From assembly GCA_965219685.1 (NCBI GenBank), contig CBDCOH010000002.1, positions 1,280,001 through 1,344,000 of the forward strand: a DNA stretch of 64,000 bases. The letters are read 5' to 3'. How positions within the stretch are numbered: position 1 is the first letter of the stretch; each line of letters begins with the position of its first letter. The position numbers and the translations under genes are program-made. The notes under the pieces are model-generated. The model saw only the letters and a list, made by a program, of their open reading frames with translations. It was not told the DNA's origin and ran no database searches. The stretch comes from Candidatus Spongiisociaceae bacterium. GTDB taxonomy: Bacteria > Actinomycetota > Acidimicrobiia > Spongiisociales > Spongiisociaceae. Shown here piece by piece: positions 55,271 to 64,000 of the stretch.

Positions 55271-56251
55271 ATAGCGACGCGTATCTGGTTCGAGCGCAAG
55301 GTTATACCGGCGCTCGAACCCCACATTCCACCGTCGGTCGAAGTTCTGGGACCCAGCCGCGCCGATGATATCCACGCGGGGATTGCGACGGCCAGGGCCG
55401 CCATCGCCGCCCGGATCCGTTATGACGACGATCTGTTCGATCTGGCCCCTCATCTGGTGGCGGTTTCCCGTACGGGGATCGGCTGCGACGCCATCGACAT
55501 CGAGGCCGCCAGCCGCCGTGGTGTGGCGGTCTGCAACGCCCCGGACGGACCCACCGTCTCCACCGCCGAACATGCCGTTGCGCTGATGCTGGCCACAGCC
55601 AAGCGGGTCATCCAGTCGGCGAACCGGCTTCGCCGTGCCCGCGGCGACTACTACGCCTCCCACCGGGCGATCGAACTGTCCGCCAAGACGCTGGGGCTGG
55701 TCGGGTTCGGCAGGATCGCCCGGCGTGTCGCCGGCATCGGCGGCGGCATCGGCATGGACATCCTGGCCTACGACCCCTACCTGTCCGACAACGACTTCCC
55801 CCCGCCGGTGACCCGGGTGGCGTCGCTCCCCGAGTTGCTCGCCCGCAGCGACGTCGTGTCGGTCCACGTCCCCCTGACGCCTGGCAACGCCCGCATGTTC
55901 GACGCCGATGCGTTCGCGGCGATGAAACCGGGCGCGGTGTTCGTGAACGCGGCTCGGGGCGGCCTGGTGGACCAGGAGGCGCTCCTCAGCTCCCTGGACT
56001 CCGGCCATCTGTTCGGCGCCGGGCTGGACGTGACCTATCCGGAACCCCTCGACCCCGCCCATCCGCTTCTCCACCGGCCGGACGTGGTCGTCACCCCTCA
56101 CATAGCGGCCGCGACAGGCGAGGCTCGCATCCGCATGTTCAGGGTCGCCATCGAGCAGGCGCTCATGGTCATCGACGGCCGCCGACCCCCGCATCTCGTG
56201 AACCCCGACTCCTGGGACCGCGTGCTCGCACGGCTGGACCGTCGGGGATGA
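55271..56251 (+). CDS. D-isomer-specific 2-hydroxyacid dehydrogenase (probable ATA start)
   Basis: GFGRIA, VNAARG, LDV...EP, TPHIA. Frame is open upstream of the ORF-track start to ATA 55271, preceded by GGGAGGT. Confidence 0.88.
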   Translation: MATRIWFERKVIPALEPHIPPSVEVLGPSRADDIHAGIATARAAIAARIRYDDDLFDLAPHLVAVSRTGIGCDAIDIEAASRRGVAVCNAPDGPTVSTAEHAVALMLATAKRVIQSANRLRRARGDYYASHRAIELSAKTLGLVGFGRIARRVAGIGGGIGMDILAYDPYLSDNDFPPPVTRVASLPELLARSDVVSVHVPLTPGNARMFDADAFAAMKPGAVFVNAARGGLVDQEALLSSLDSGHLFGAGLDVTYPEPLDPAHPLLHRPDVVVTPHIAAATGEARIRMFRVAIEQALMVIDGRRPPHLVNPDSWDRVLARLDRRG

Positions 56252-57423
56252 GCAGGCGGCTGCGCATCGGCCTGGTCGGATTCGGATGGATGGGCCAGGC
56301 CCACTCCCGCTCCTACATCTCGATCCCGCTGTACTTCCCGGATGCGCCTTTCCGACCGCAACTCACCGCCGTCGCCGACACCGTACCGGCCCGGGTGAGA
56401 CAGGCCGTGGACGACTTCGGGTACGAACGGGGCACGACCGACTGGCGGGAGCTCATCGAGCAGCCCGACATCGACATCATCGACATCACCGCTCCCAACG
56501 CCATGCACCAGATGGTGGCCGAGGCGGCCGCGGGAGCCGGCAAGCACATCTTCTGCGAGAAGCCGGTGGGGATCTCGGCGGAGGCCACGGCTCGCATCGA
56601 AGCGGCAGCCCGCCGGGCCGGCGTGATCACCGGCTGCGGATACAACTACCGCTGGGCGCCGCTGGTCCGCTACGCCAAGCAGTTGATCGACGACGGCCGG
56701 ATCGGCCTTCCCACCCATTACCGGGGCCGCTTCTTCAGCATGTACGGGAGGGACCGGCTCGGCTTGCTGACCTGGCGTTTCCTCCGGGACAAGGCCGGCT
56801 ACGGCGCGCTCAGCGACATCATGTCGCATGCCATCGACATGGCCCAGTTCCTGTACGGACCGATCCGCCGGGTGGTGGCCACCCGGGAGACCTTCGTGAG
56901 GGAACGCCCGCTCCCCACGCCCGGCAAGGGGACCCACTACGACCGCGGCTCACCGGACGACCCTACCGGCGAGGTGACCAACGAGGACTACGTGGGGGCC
57001 CTGGTCGAGTTCGCCAACGGAGCGCGGGGCACCCTCGAAGCCGACCGCTCCATCTTCGGACCCCAGAGCCAGATGGCCTTCGAGATCAACGGGTCGAAGG
57101 GCGCCGTCTCCTGGGACCACGAGAAGCTCAACCAACTCCGCCTCTACCTGCCCGATGAGCAACCCGACGACGGATTCATGGAAGTGCTGGCCGGCGACAA
57201 GTTCTACCGGCAGGCCGACCTGGTGCCGGGTGGAGGAAACTCCATCGGTTTCGAGGATCTGAAGATTCTCGAGGCCTACGAGTTCCTCGGTTCGGTAGTC
57301 GCCGGACGGGCCCACGACCCCTCATTCGAGGCCGCGCTCGCCAACGCGTCGGTGGCCGCCGCGATGATCCGTTCGTGGGATTCGGACCGGTGGGAGATCG
57401 TGGAGTCGCTGCGAATCGATTGA
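56248..57423 (+). CDS. Gfo/Idh/MocA family oxidoreductase
   Basis: GFGWMG, CEKP, GALSDIMSHAID. Confidence 0.92.
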   Translation: MSRRLRIGLVGFGWMGQAHSRSYISIPLYFPDAPFRPQLTAVADTVPARVRQAVDDFGYERGTTDWRELIEQPDIDIIDITAPNAMHQMVAEAAAGAGKHIFCEKPVGISAEATARIEAAARRAGVITGCGYNYRWAPLVRYAKQLIDDGRIGLPTHYRGRFFSMYGRDRLGLLTWRFLRDKAGYGALSDIMSHAIDMAQFLYGPIRRVVATRETFVRERPLPTPGKGTHYDRGSPDDPTGEVTNEDYVGALVEFANGARGTLEADRSIFGPQSQMAFEINGSKGAVSWDHEKLNQLRLYLPDEQPDDGFMEVLAGDKFYRQADLVPGGGNSIGFEDLKILEAYEFLGSVVAGRAHDPSFEAALANASVAAAMIRSWDSDRWEIVESLRID

Positions 57424-57472
57424 GAAGCCGTCCCGAGCAAGGAAGCCGAAAACCGAGGCAGGAGGACATCAG

Positions 57473-59317
57473 ATGGAAACCGTCCGGCTGACAACCGCCC
57501 AAGCCATCGTCCGGTGGCTGCTGAACCAGTACACGGCCATAGGGGGCGACGAGGTACCGATCTTCGCCGGCGCCTTCGGCATCTTCGGCCATGGAAACGT
57601 GACCTGTCTGGCGGAGGCCCTGGAACCGGTCCAGGACCGGCTTCCCACCTGGCGCGGGCACAACGAGCAGTCGATGGCGCTGGCCGCGGTTGCATACGCC
57701 AAGGCCATGCGCGGCCGGCGCATCATGATCGCCACCTCGTCGATCGGACCCGGCTGCACCAACATGGTTACCGCCGCGGCCGTGGCCCACGCCAACCGGC
57801 TCCCTCTCCTCATCCTCGCCGGCGACACCTTCCAGCACCGGATCGTCGACCCGGTGCTGCAGCAGATCGAAGTCTTCGAGGATCCCACCGTTACGGTCTG
57901 CGACACGTTCAAACCGGTCAGCAGGTACTGGGACCGCATGACCCGTCCCGAGCAGGTCGTGAGGTCCCTGCCTCAGGCCCTGGCGGTAATGCTGGACCCG
58001 GCGAGCCGGGGCCCGGCCTTCTTCGCGCTCCCCCAGGACATACAGGCCGAAGCGTACGACTTCCCCGCCCGCTTCTTCGAGCGCACCGTCCACTACATCC
58101 GCCGACCCGGACCCGACGCCCGCGATCTCGAGCGGGCTGCCTCGGCCCTGGCCCGCGCACGCAGCCCGATGATCATCTCGGGGGGCGGGGTCCACTATTC
58201 GGCGGCTGCCGACACGTTGACCGCCTTCGCCGAGCGCCGCGGCATCCCGGTGGTGGAGACCGTCGCCGGCAAGGCGACCCTGGTCAGCGATCACCCCAAC
58301 TATGCCGGTCCCATCGGGGTGACCGGGTCGGCGGCCGCCAACTCGGTGGCCGAGGACGCCGACGTGGTCCTGGCGGTGGGGACCCGGCTCCAGGACTTCA
58401 CGACCGGGTCCTGGGCCATCTTCAAGCATCCGGACGTCCGCTTCGTTTCGCTGAACACGGCTCGCTGGGATGCCCACAAGCAGACGGCGATCCCCGTGGT
58501 CGGCGACGCGAAGGTCTCCATCGAGGCCCTCGACGGGTTGCTCGGAGGCTACCGGGCTCCCGACTCCTGGTTGGGTGCGGCGCAGGGACACATCGCTGCA
58601 TGGCACCGCTACCTGGACTCCTGGAAGTCCCGCGATGTCGAGGGCTCCCCCGCCTACGCCCAGGTGATCCAGGTTGTCAACGAGCTCTGCGACGAGGACG
58701 ACTACTGCCTCTCGGCGGCCGGCGGCCTTCCGGGCGAGTTGACCATGGGATGGAGGTCGAAGTCGGTGGGGAGCTTCGACTCCGAGTACGGATACTCCAC
58801 CATGGGCTACGAGATCGCCGGCGCCTGGGGAGCCCGGATGGCCAGGCCCGACGGCGACGTGATCGCATGGGTCGGCGACGGGTCTTACCTGATGATGAAC
58901 TCCGACATCTACTCCACCGTAATGACCGGGCATAAGGTCATCTTCATGGTGATGGACAACGGCGGCTTCGCGGTCATCAATCGCCTGCAGGTGGGTACCG
59001 GCGGCGCCGAGTTCAACAACCTGCTGCGGACCGCCCGCCACCGCGAGTACTTCCGGGTGGACTTCGCTGCCCATGTGGAGGCCATGGGCGCCATCGCGGA
59101 ACGCGTCGAGCGTCTCGAGGACCTTCCGGATGCGTGGCGGAGGGCCAAGGCGGCCGACCGGAGCTACGCCATCGTCATGGACATCGACCAGTACACCTGG
59201 ACCGAAGGCGGAGCGTGGTGGGAGGTCGGCGTCCCGGAGGTCAGCGACAGGGAGCAGGTCCGGGTTGCCCGGGCGTCATGGGAAGCAGAACGCAAGCATC
59301 AGCGGCTGGGCGTCTGA
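57473..59317 (+). CDS. iolD: 3D-(3,5/4)-trihydroxycyclohexane-1,2-dione acylhydrolase
   Basis: RLTTAQA, IFGHGNV, NEQSMA, EYGYSTMGYEIAG, GDGSYLM, WWEVGVPEVS. Confidence 0.95.
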   Translation: METVRLTTAQAIVRWLLNQYTAIGGDEVPIFAGAFGIFGHGNVTCLAEALEPVQDRLPTWRGHNEQSMALAAVAYAKAMRGRRIMIATSSIGPGCTNMVTAAAVAHANRLPLLILAGDTFQHRIVDPVLQQIEVFEDPTVTVCDTFKPVSRYWDRMTRPEQVVRSLPQALAVMLDPASRGPAFFALPQDIQAEAYDFPARFFERTVHYIRRPGPDARDLERAASALARARSPMIISGGGVHYSAAADTLTAFAERRGIPVVETVAGKATLVSDHPNYAGPIGVTGSAAANSVAEDADVVLAVGTRLQDFTTGSWAIFKHPDVRFVSLNTARWDAHKQTAIPVVGDAKVSIEALDGLLGGYRAPDSWLGAAQGHIAAWHRYLDSWKSRDVEGSPAYAQVIQVVNELCDEDDYCLSAAGGLPGELTMGWRSKSVGSFDSEYGYSTMGYEIAGAWGARMARPDGDVIAWVGDGSYLMMNSDIYSTVMTGHKVIFMVMDNGGFAVINRLQVGTGGAEFNNLLRTARHREYFRVDFAAHVEAMGAIAERVERLEDLPDAWRRAKAADRSYAIVMDIDQYTWTEGGAWWEVGVPEVSDREQVRVARASWEAERKHQRLGV

Positions 59318-59353
59318 GTGGCGCATAAGGCCCGCATCCGAAGGAGGTAGAGG

Positions 59354-60169
59354 ATGGGAAGGTTCGCCGGCAAGGTAGCCCTGGTCACCGGCAGCACGCA
59401 GGGACTCGGGGAGGCGGTCTCGGAGCGGTTGGTGGATGAGGGATTGGACGGTCTGGTGGTGACCGGGCGCAGCGCCGAGCGAGGCGAGGCTGTGGCCGCC
59501 CGGTTGGCGAACGGAGGGTGCAGAACGTTGTTCGTCCCCGCCGACCTCGCCCGGCCGGAGGCGCCCTCCGATCTCATAGAAGCCACCGACCGGGAGTTCG
59601 GGCGACTGGACATCCTCGTCAACGCGGCGGGGGACTCGCACCGCGGCACGATCGAGGACACCGGCATCGAGTTGTTCGACCACCTGATGGCCGTGAACGT
59701 CCGGGCGCCGTTCATGCTGATGCAGGGCGCCATCCGCGTGATGCGGCGGGAGGGCATCGAGGGTTCCATCGTCAACATCGCATCGATCGCATCCCACGGA
59801 GGCCCTCCCTACCTGACCGCCTACTCGACCACCAAGGGCGCGCTGGTCGTCCTGACCCGCAACGTGGCGCATTCGGTTGCATGGGACCGGATCCGGGTGA
59901 ACGCGCTGAACATCGGCTGGATGGACAGCCCGGCGGAGCATGTGATCCGCGAGCGCTTTCACGGCGGCGATCCGGCCTGGTTGGAAAAGGCCGAGGACAG
60001 CCAACCATTCGGCCGGCTGCTCAAGACCCCCGAGGTCGCCAGGGCGGTCGCCTTCCTCGCCTCCGACGACTCGGGGATGATGACCGGCGCCGCCGTCGAC
60101 TTCAACCAGATAGTGGTGGGTACCGAACCAAGCCCCGCCCCGCGCCCCGAAGGGGCTACGAGCGCGTGA
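59354..60169 (+). CDS. SDR family oxidoreductase
   Basis: TGSTQGLG, VNAAG, YSTTKG, NIGWM. Confidence 0.92.
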   Translation: MGRFAGKVALVTGSTQGLGEAVSERLVDEGLDGLVVTGRSAERGEAVAARLANGGCRTLFVPADLARPEAPSDLIEATDREFGRLDILVNAAGDSHRGTIEDTGIELFDHLMAVNVRAPFMLMQGAIRVMRREGIEGSIVNIASIASHGGPPYLTAYSTTKGALVVLTRNVAHSVAWDRIRVNALNIGWMDSPAEHVIRERFHGGDPAWLEKAEDSQPFGRLLKTPEVARAVAFLASDDSGMMTGAAVDFNQIVVGTEPSPAPRPEGATSA

Positions 60170-60203
60170 ATCGGCGACCCGGTCGTGTCCGGCTGCCGGG
60201 AGG

Positions 60204-61055
60204 ATGACGGTGGGTTCCCTGCTCAAGCCCCGGCCGGAGAGACCCAAGGCCGTCGAGGTGACCCCGGAGAGCGCCGGCTGGACCTACCTGGACTTCGCGG
60301 TCGTGCACCTCGATCCCGGTGGCAGCTACATGGAGGCGCCCGGCCACCGCGAGGTGGTCGTGGTCCCCATCTCCGGGAGCGGGACGGTCCGGACCGGTGG
60401 CGAGACGGTCGACCTGGCCCGCGCCGGGGTCTTCGAGGAACTGCCCCACGTGCTGTACGTACCGCCGGGACACTCGATAGAGGTCCGATCCCGTGGAGAG
60501 TTCACCTTCACGGTCGGCGGCGCCCCGGCTGAGGGTGGTCTCCCGCTCCGGCTGTTCGAACCCTCCGAGATGCGCGTGGAACTTCGGGGCGGCGGCGCGT
60601 CCCACCGCCAGATCTCCCACATCCTCTCCGCTCCCCTCCCGGCCGAGCGCCTCATCCTCTACGAGGGCTACGCCCCGCGGGGAACCTGGTCTGGTTGGGC
60701 GCCCCACTGTCACGACGGCTACGCCGGGTCCCCGTACCTGGAGGAGGTGTACTACTTCCGCCTGCAGCCCGCCACGGGATTCGCGCTGCACCGCAACTGG
60801 AGGGAGGACACCGAGTTCGACGAACTCCTCGTCTGCGGAGACGGTGACACGGCCCTCGTGCCCCGCGGTTTCCACTCCACGGTGGCCTGCCCGGGCACCA
60901 ACATGTACTTCCTCAACTACCTGGCCGGAGAACCGGTGGGAGACGAACGAGCCCGCGGCCCCTACTTCCACCCCGACCACACCTGGATCCACGACGACTG
61001 GGACGCCGGGGCTATGACCCTGCCGACAGCCGGTGTGGAGATGGCACCGCGGTGA
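60204..61055 (+). CDS. iolB: 5-deoxy-glucuronate isomerase (IolB/KduI family)
   Basis: TPESAGW, RGGG, PH.HD, LEEVYYF, VPRGFH, YFLNYLAG. Confidence 0.85.
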   Translation: MTVGSLLKPRPERPKAVEVTPESAGWTYLDFAVVHLDPGGSYMEAPGHREVVVVPISGSGTVRTGGETVDLARAGVFEELPHVLYVPPGHSIEVRSRGEFTFTVGGAPAEGGLPLRLFEPSEMRVELRGGGASHRQISHILSAPLPAERLILYEGYAPRGTWSGWAPHCHDGYAGSPYLEEVYYFRLQPATGFALHRNWREDTEFDELLVCGDGDTALVPRGFHSTVACPGTNMYFLNYLAGEPVGDERARGPYFHPDHTWIHDDWDAGAMTLPTAGVEMAPR

Positions 61056-61993
61056 TGAGCGCCATACCTGCTGCCGCTCCCCCCGAGGTGCTCGCCTTCA
61101 ACGCCGAGATCGAGGCCCTGACCCGTGACGCTGCCCCGCCGTGGGAGGTCGGCGCCGCGGAGGCCCGCCGGATGAGAGAGGAAGGACTCACGATTCTCGG
61201 TCCGCGACGCGTGTCCGAGAGGACTTCCGACCGCACCATCGACGGACCAAGGGGAACGATCCGGTTACGGGTGATACCTCCTCTCCGAAGCGCGCGGGGC
61301 ATATTCCTGCACATCCACGGAGGCGGCTGGGTGTGGGGAGGGCCCCACCACCACGACCCGATGCTGGAGTCGCTGGCCGACTCCACGGGGCTGGTGGTCG
61401 TCTCCACCTCGTACCGCTTCGCGCCCGAAGACCCCTATCCCGCCGCCCCGGATGACTGCGAGACAGCGGCTGTCTGGCTAGACCGCAACGGCGTCTCCGA
61501 ACTCGGGCACGAACTCGTGGCCATCGGTGGGGAATCGGCCGGCGCCCACCTCGCCGCCGTCACCTGCCTCCGCCTGCGGGACGGCTACGGGCTAATGCCC
61601 TTCCGTGCCGCACTTCTCACGTACGGCTGCTACGACCTGAGAACCACGCCCTCGGTGCGAGCCTTCGGCGACCGGCCGCTGATCCTGAACACGTCTTCCG
61701 TCCGCTGGTTCGTGGAGCAGTTCACGGCCAACCACAACCTCGACGATCCCGACGTGTCGCCGATCCAGGCCGACCTGGCGGGGCTGCCGCCGGCGCTCTT
61801 CACCGTCGGGACCCTGGATCCGATGCTGGACGACTCCACGTTCATGGCCGCCCGGTGGAAGGCTGCGGGGAATCGAGCGGACCTCGACATCTGGCCCGGC
61901 GCCATCCACGCCTTCGACCTGTTCGACAACGACTACGCCCGAGCCGCCCGCAGCCGGATGCACGCGTTCGTCAACTCCGCCCTAGATGGCTAG
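61055..61993 (+). CDS. alpha/beta hydrolase (HSL-like esterase)
   Basis: HGGGW, YRFAPE, GESAG, HAFD. Confidence 0.92.
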   Translation: MSAIPAAAPPEVLAFNAEIEALTRDAAPPWEVGAAEARRMREEGLTILGPRRVSERTSDRTIDGPRGTIRLRVIPPLRSARGIFLHIHGGGWVWGGPHHHDPMLESLADSTGLVVVSTSYRFAPEDPYPAAPDDCETAAVWLDRNGVSELGHELVAIGGESAGAHLAAVTCLRLRDGYGLMPFRAALLTYGCYDLRTTPSVRAFGDRPLILNTSSVRWFVEQFTANHNLDDPDVSPIQADLAGLPPALFTVGTLDPMLDDSTFMAARWKAAGNRADLDIWPGAIHAFDLFDNDYARAARSRMHAFVNSALDG

Positions 61994-62231
61994 TTCCTAG
62001 TCGGTAGTCTCTAGTTGCTAGTTGGTGATCGGTGGTTAACGTTCGACTGGTTTATTGACCATCCTCCATAGCACTATTATGGTCTCGCGTTTGCGCCGTG
62101 GTTGGCTCTTCACGAAATGCCAGCCCCGAGTCCGAGTCAGGAACAGATGCACACGAGTTACAGATGTTGTCTAGCGATGCAGAGAACGGTCGCTTCTGGT
62201 CAGATCCCCCCTTTGGAACTACTCGTCTAGT
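61991..62231 (-). repeat. dispersed heptamer-tipped non-coding element, copy C
   Basis: Reverse complement colinear with 22543-22796; tip begins at the esterase TAG (61991-61993). Confidence 0.9.
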
Positions 62232-62465
62232 GTCCTGACTCCTGGATTCGCGATCGGCACGCGGAACGTGCCGACCACCGCACCAGCTAGCCCCGCGGAC
62301 CCGAGAACGCGAAAAACGCCCCCGGGCGAGCGGATCCCTCCCTCGGGCCCACCCCCAACCGCCACCTCCGCAGTCTACGAACGCGTCCTGCCATCCCCCG
62401 CAAGGGTCGGCTCCCAAATGATCCCCGCGCCGGTCCGATCGGTACCGCAAACGGACCGGTGGTGT

Positions 62466-62489
62466 TTGCATTTGCCTACCAATATGCAA
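62466..62489. promoter_or_regulatory. inverted repeat, putative operator
   Basis: TTGCAT-N12-ATGCAA ~100 bp upstream of the ATG at 62592. Confidence 0.45.
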
Positions 62490-62591
62490 CGGGGGTGTGA
62501 CACGGACAACCCCCTTGTGGAGAAGCGCCGTCCTACACCCGGGCAGTTGCTAGGGTCATCTCCCCGACCGACGACCACAGGAGAGATCCGC

Positions 62592-63644
62592 ATGAACCTG
62601 CTGCCAGGTGTTGAAGCCGGCACCGTCGACACCGACCGGCTCCGCACCCACTACTACGCGTCAGGACCGGAGAACGGCACGCCGGTGGTGATGATCCACG
62701 GGAACCTGTCGACCGGACGCTTCTTCGAACACCTCTGGCCCGGTGCGCCGGAGCAGTACCGGTTCATCGCTCCCGACATGCGTTCGTTCGGACGGTCGGA
62801 GTCCAAGCCCATCGACGCAACTCGGGGTCTCCACGACTGGGCCGACGACACGCATGCCCTGCTCGAGGCGCTCGGCGTCGACGAGCCGCCCCACCTGGCG
62901 GGCTGGTCCACGGGCGGAGCGGCCATCGCCGCCTACGCCATGGACCGTCCGGTCGCCTCGCTGACGTTCATCGACCCGGTCTCCCCCTACGGGTACGGCG
63001 CCACCCACCGCGACGGCACGCCCTGCCAGCCCGACTGGGCGGGTACCGGAGGCGGGACCGGGAACCCGGAGTTCACCTCCCTGCTCGCGTCGGGCGACCG
63101 CTCCGCGGACAGCCAGGTCTCACCCCGCAACGTGATGACCTCCTCGTATTGGTCGGCGGAGTACAAGCTCCCACCCGACCGAGAGGAGATCCTGCTGGAC
63201 GAGGTGCTGCTGACCGTTACCGGCGACGACGGCTACCCGGGAGACCTGACTCCTTCGGACAACTGGCCCAACGTGGCGCCGGGAACCCGGGGCATACTCA
63301 ACGCCCTCTCCGGCAAGTACTGCAACTGGGCGGGCGTCGTGGACATGGCGGACAAGCCCCCGGTTCTGTGGACCCACGGTTCCAACGACATCGTGGTGGC
63401 GGACGGTTCCCTCTGGGAGATGGGAACCCTGGGGCAGATGGGCGTCATCCCCGGCTGGCCGGGTGAGGACGACTTCCCGCCCCAGCCCATGGTGTCCCAG
63501 ATCCGCGACGTGCTGGACCGCTACGCGGACAACGGTGGAAGGGTTGAAACGGAGATGTTCGACGGATCCGGTCACGGTCCCCACATCGACGCTGCCGAGG
63601 CCTGGTCTGAGACCTTCTTCGCCTTCCTGGCCTCCACCAACTGA
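62592..63644 (+). CDS. alpha/beta hydrolase
   Basis: IHGNLS, APDMRSFG, GWSTGG, GHGPH; AGGAGAG RBS before ATG 62592. Confidence 0.9.
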   Translation: MNLLPGVEAGTVDTDRLRTHYYASGPENGTPVVMIHGNLSTGRFFEHLWPGAPEQYRFIAPDMRSFGRSESKPIDATRGLHDWADDTHALLEALGVDEPPHLAGWSTGGAAIAAYAMDRPVASLTFIDPVSPYGYGATHRDGTPCQPDWAGTGGGTGNPEFTSLLASGDRSADSQVSPRNVMTSSYWSAEYKLPPDREEILLDEVLLTVTGDDGYPGDLTPSDNWPNVAPGTRGILNALSGKYCNWAGVVDMADKPPVLWTHGSNDIVVADGSLWEMGTLGQMGVIPGWPGEDDFPPQPMVSQIRDVLDRYADNGGRVETEMFDGSGHGPHIDAAEAWSETFFAFLASTN

Positions 63645-63776
63645 CTCCGCGGACGACTCCTTGCGTTGAGGATCGCGTGGAGTACGGCTCGCCAGACCCC
63701 TGGGAACGGTCGATCTTGACAGATCAGATCAGAGTCTCCCCGTCCCTACGAGCACCCGAAAACCCTGATCAGGGCC

Positions 63777-63874
63777 AGACGAGTAGTCCCAAGGAACCCG
63801 ACCGAGAGCGATCCGATCTCGCGGTTGCCACCGATTACCAACTAACAACTACCAACTAGAAACTAACAACTAAT
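63777..63874 (+). repeat. internally deleted element, copy D
   Basis: agacgagtagtcccaaggaacccgaccgagagcga (left block) joined to ccaccgattaccaactaacaact...gaaactaa (right tip). Confidence 0.85.
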
Positions 63875-64000
63875 CTTATAGATTCGGGCCGCTGACCCGC
63901 CCAGAATCGCCGCCATCTCGTCATCCGAGAACGGAGCGGCACCCAGTCTGGTAGCCACGCCGTTGACGCTCCGGTACACATCCGGGACGGTTGACTCGTC
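63863..64000 (-). CDS. C-terminus of a probable amidohydrolase-family protein (partial)
   Basis: Manual translation ...FSDDEMAAILGGSAARIYKISC*; stop TAG at 63865-63863 lies within the repeat tip. Confidence 0.6.
   Translation of the reverse strand, partial: DESTVPDVYRSVNGVATRLGAAPFSDDEMAAILGGSAARIYKISC

Noticed and set aside
57176-59074. 632-aa minus-strand ORF
   Set aside because: Antisense to iolD; no independent coding evidence.
62052-62489. 145-aa ORF crossing element copy C, and 68-aa ORF 22431-22637 crossing copy A
   Set aside because: Frames are not preserved between element copies (non-triplet indels), so the element is not treated as coding.

Overview
GC-rich bacterial chromosomal segment, most consistent with an actinobacterium, probably Acidimicrobiia (inferred from gene content and order). 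The left part is housekeeping: murF (partial), fabI, acs, a CoA-ester lyase, a fused lipB-lipA with E2/E3 dehydrogenase subunits, a Suf Fe-S system split into two oppositely oriented blocks with two sufC copies, fumC, an MprAB-like two-component system, a group-2 sigma-70, UdgB and gltBD. Next come an aconitase-X/FAD-oxidoreductase operon and a large myo-inositol uptake and catabolism region (ABC transporter, iolC, iolG, iolE, iolD, iolB, accessory enzymes and a lower-GC alpha carbonic anhydrase). No rRNA, tRNA, CRISPR array, transposase or integrase was recognised. The most unusual signal is non-coding: a dispersed ~250-bp intergenic element present as one near-full copy on each strand plus truncated and deleted derivatives. 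It ends in 7-bp-periodic strand-biased repeats. Related heptamer arrays occur at about nine loci and usually start at, or supply, the stop codon of the neighbouring gene. Two inverted copies bracket a hydrolase gene like a cassette (61991-63874). There are also small membrane-anchored orphan genes, including a paralog pair with mostly synonymous divergence, that share an upstream ACAAC(T)GTTG motif.
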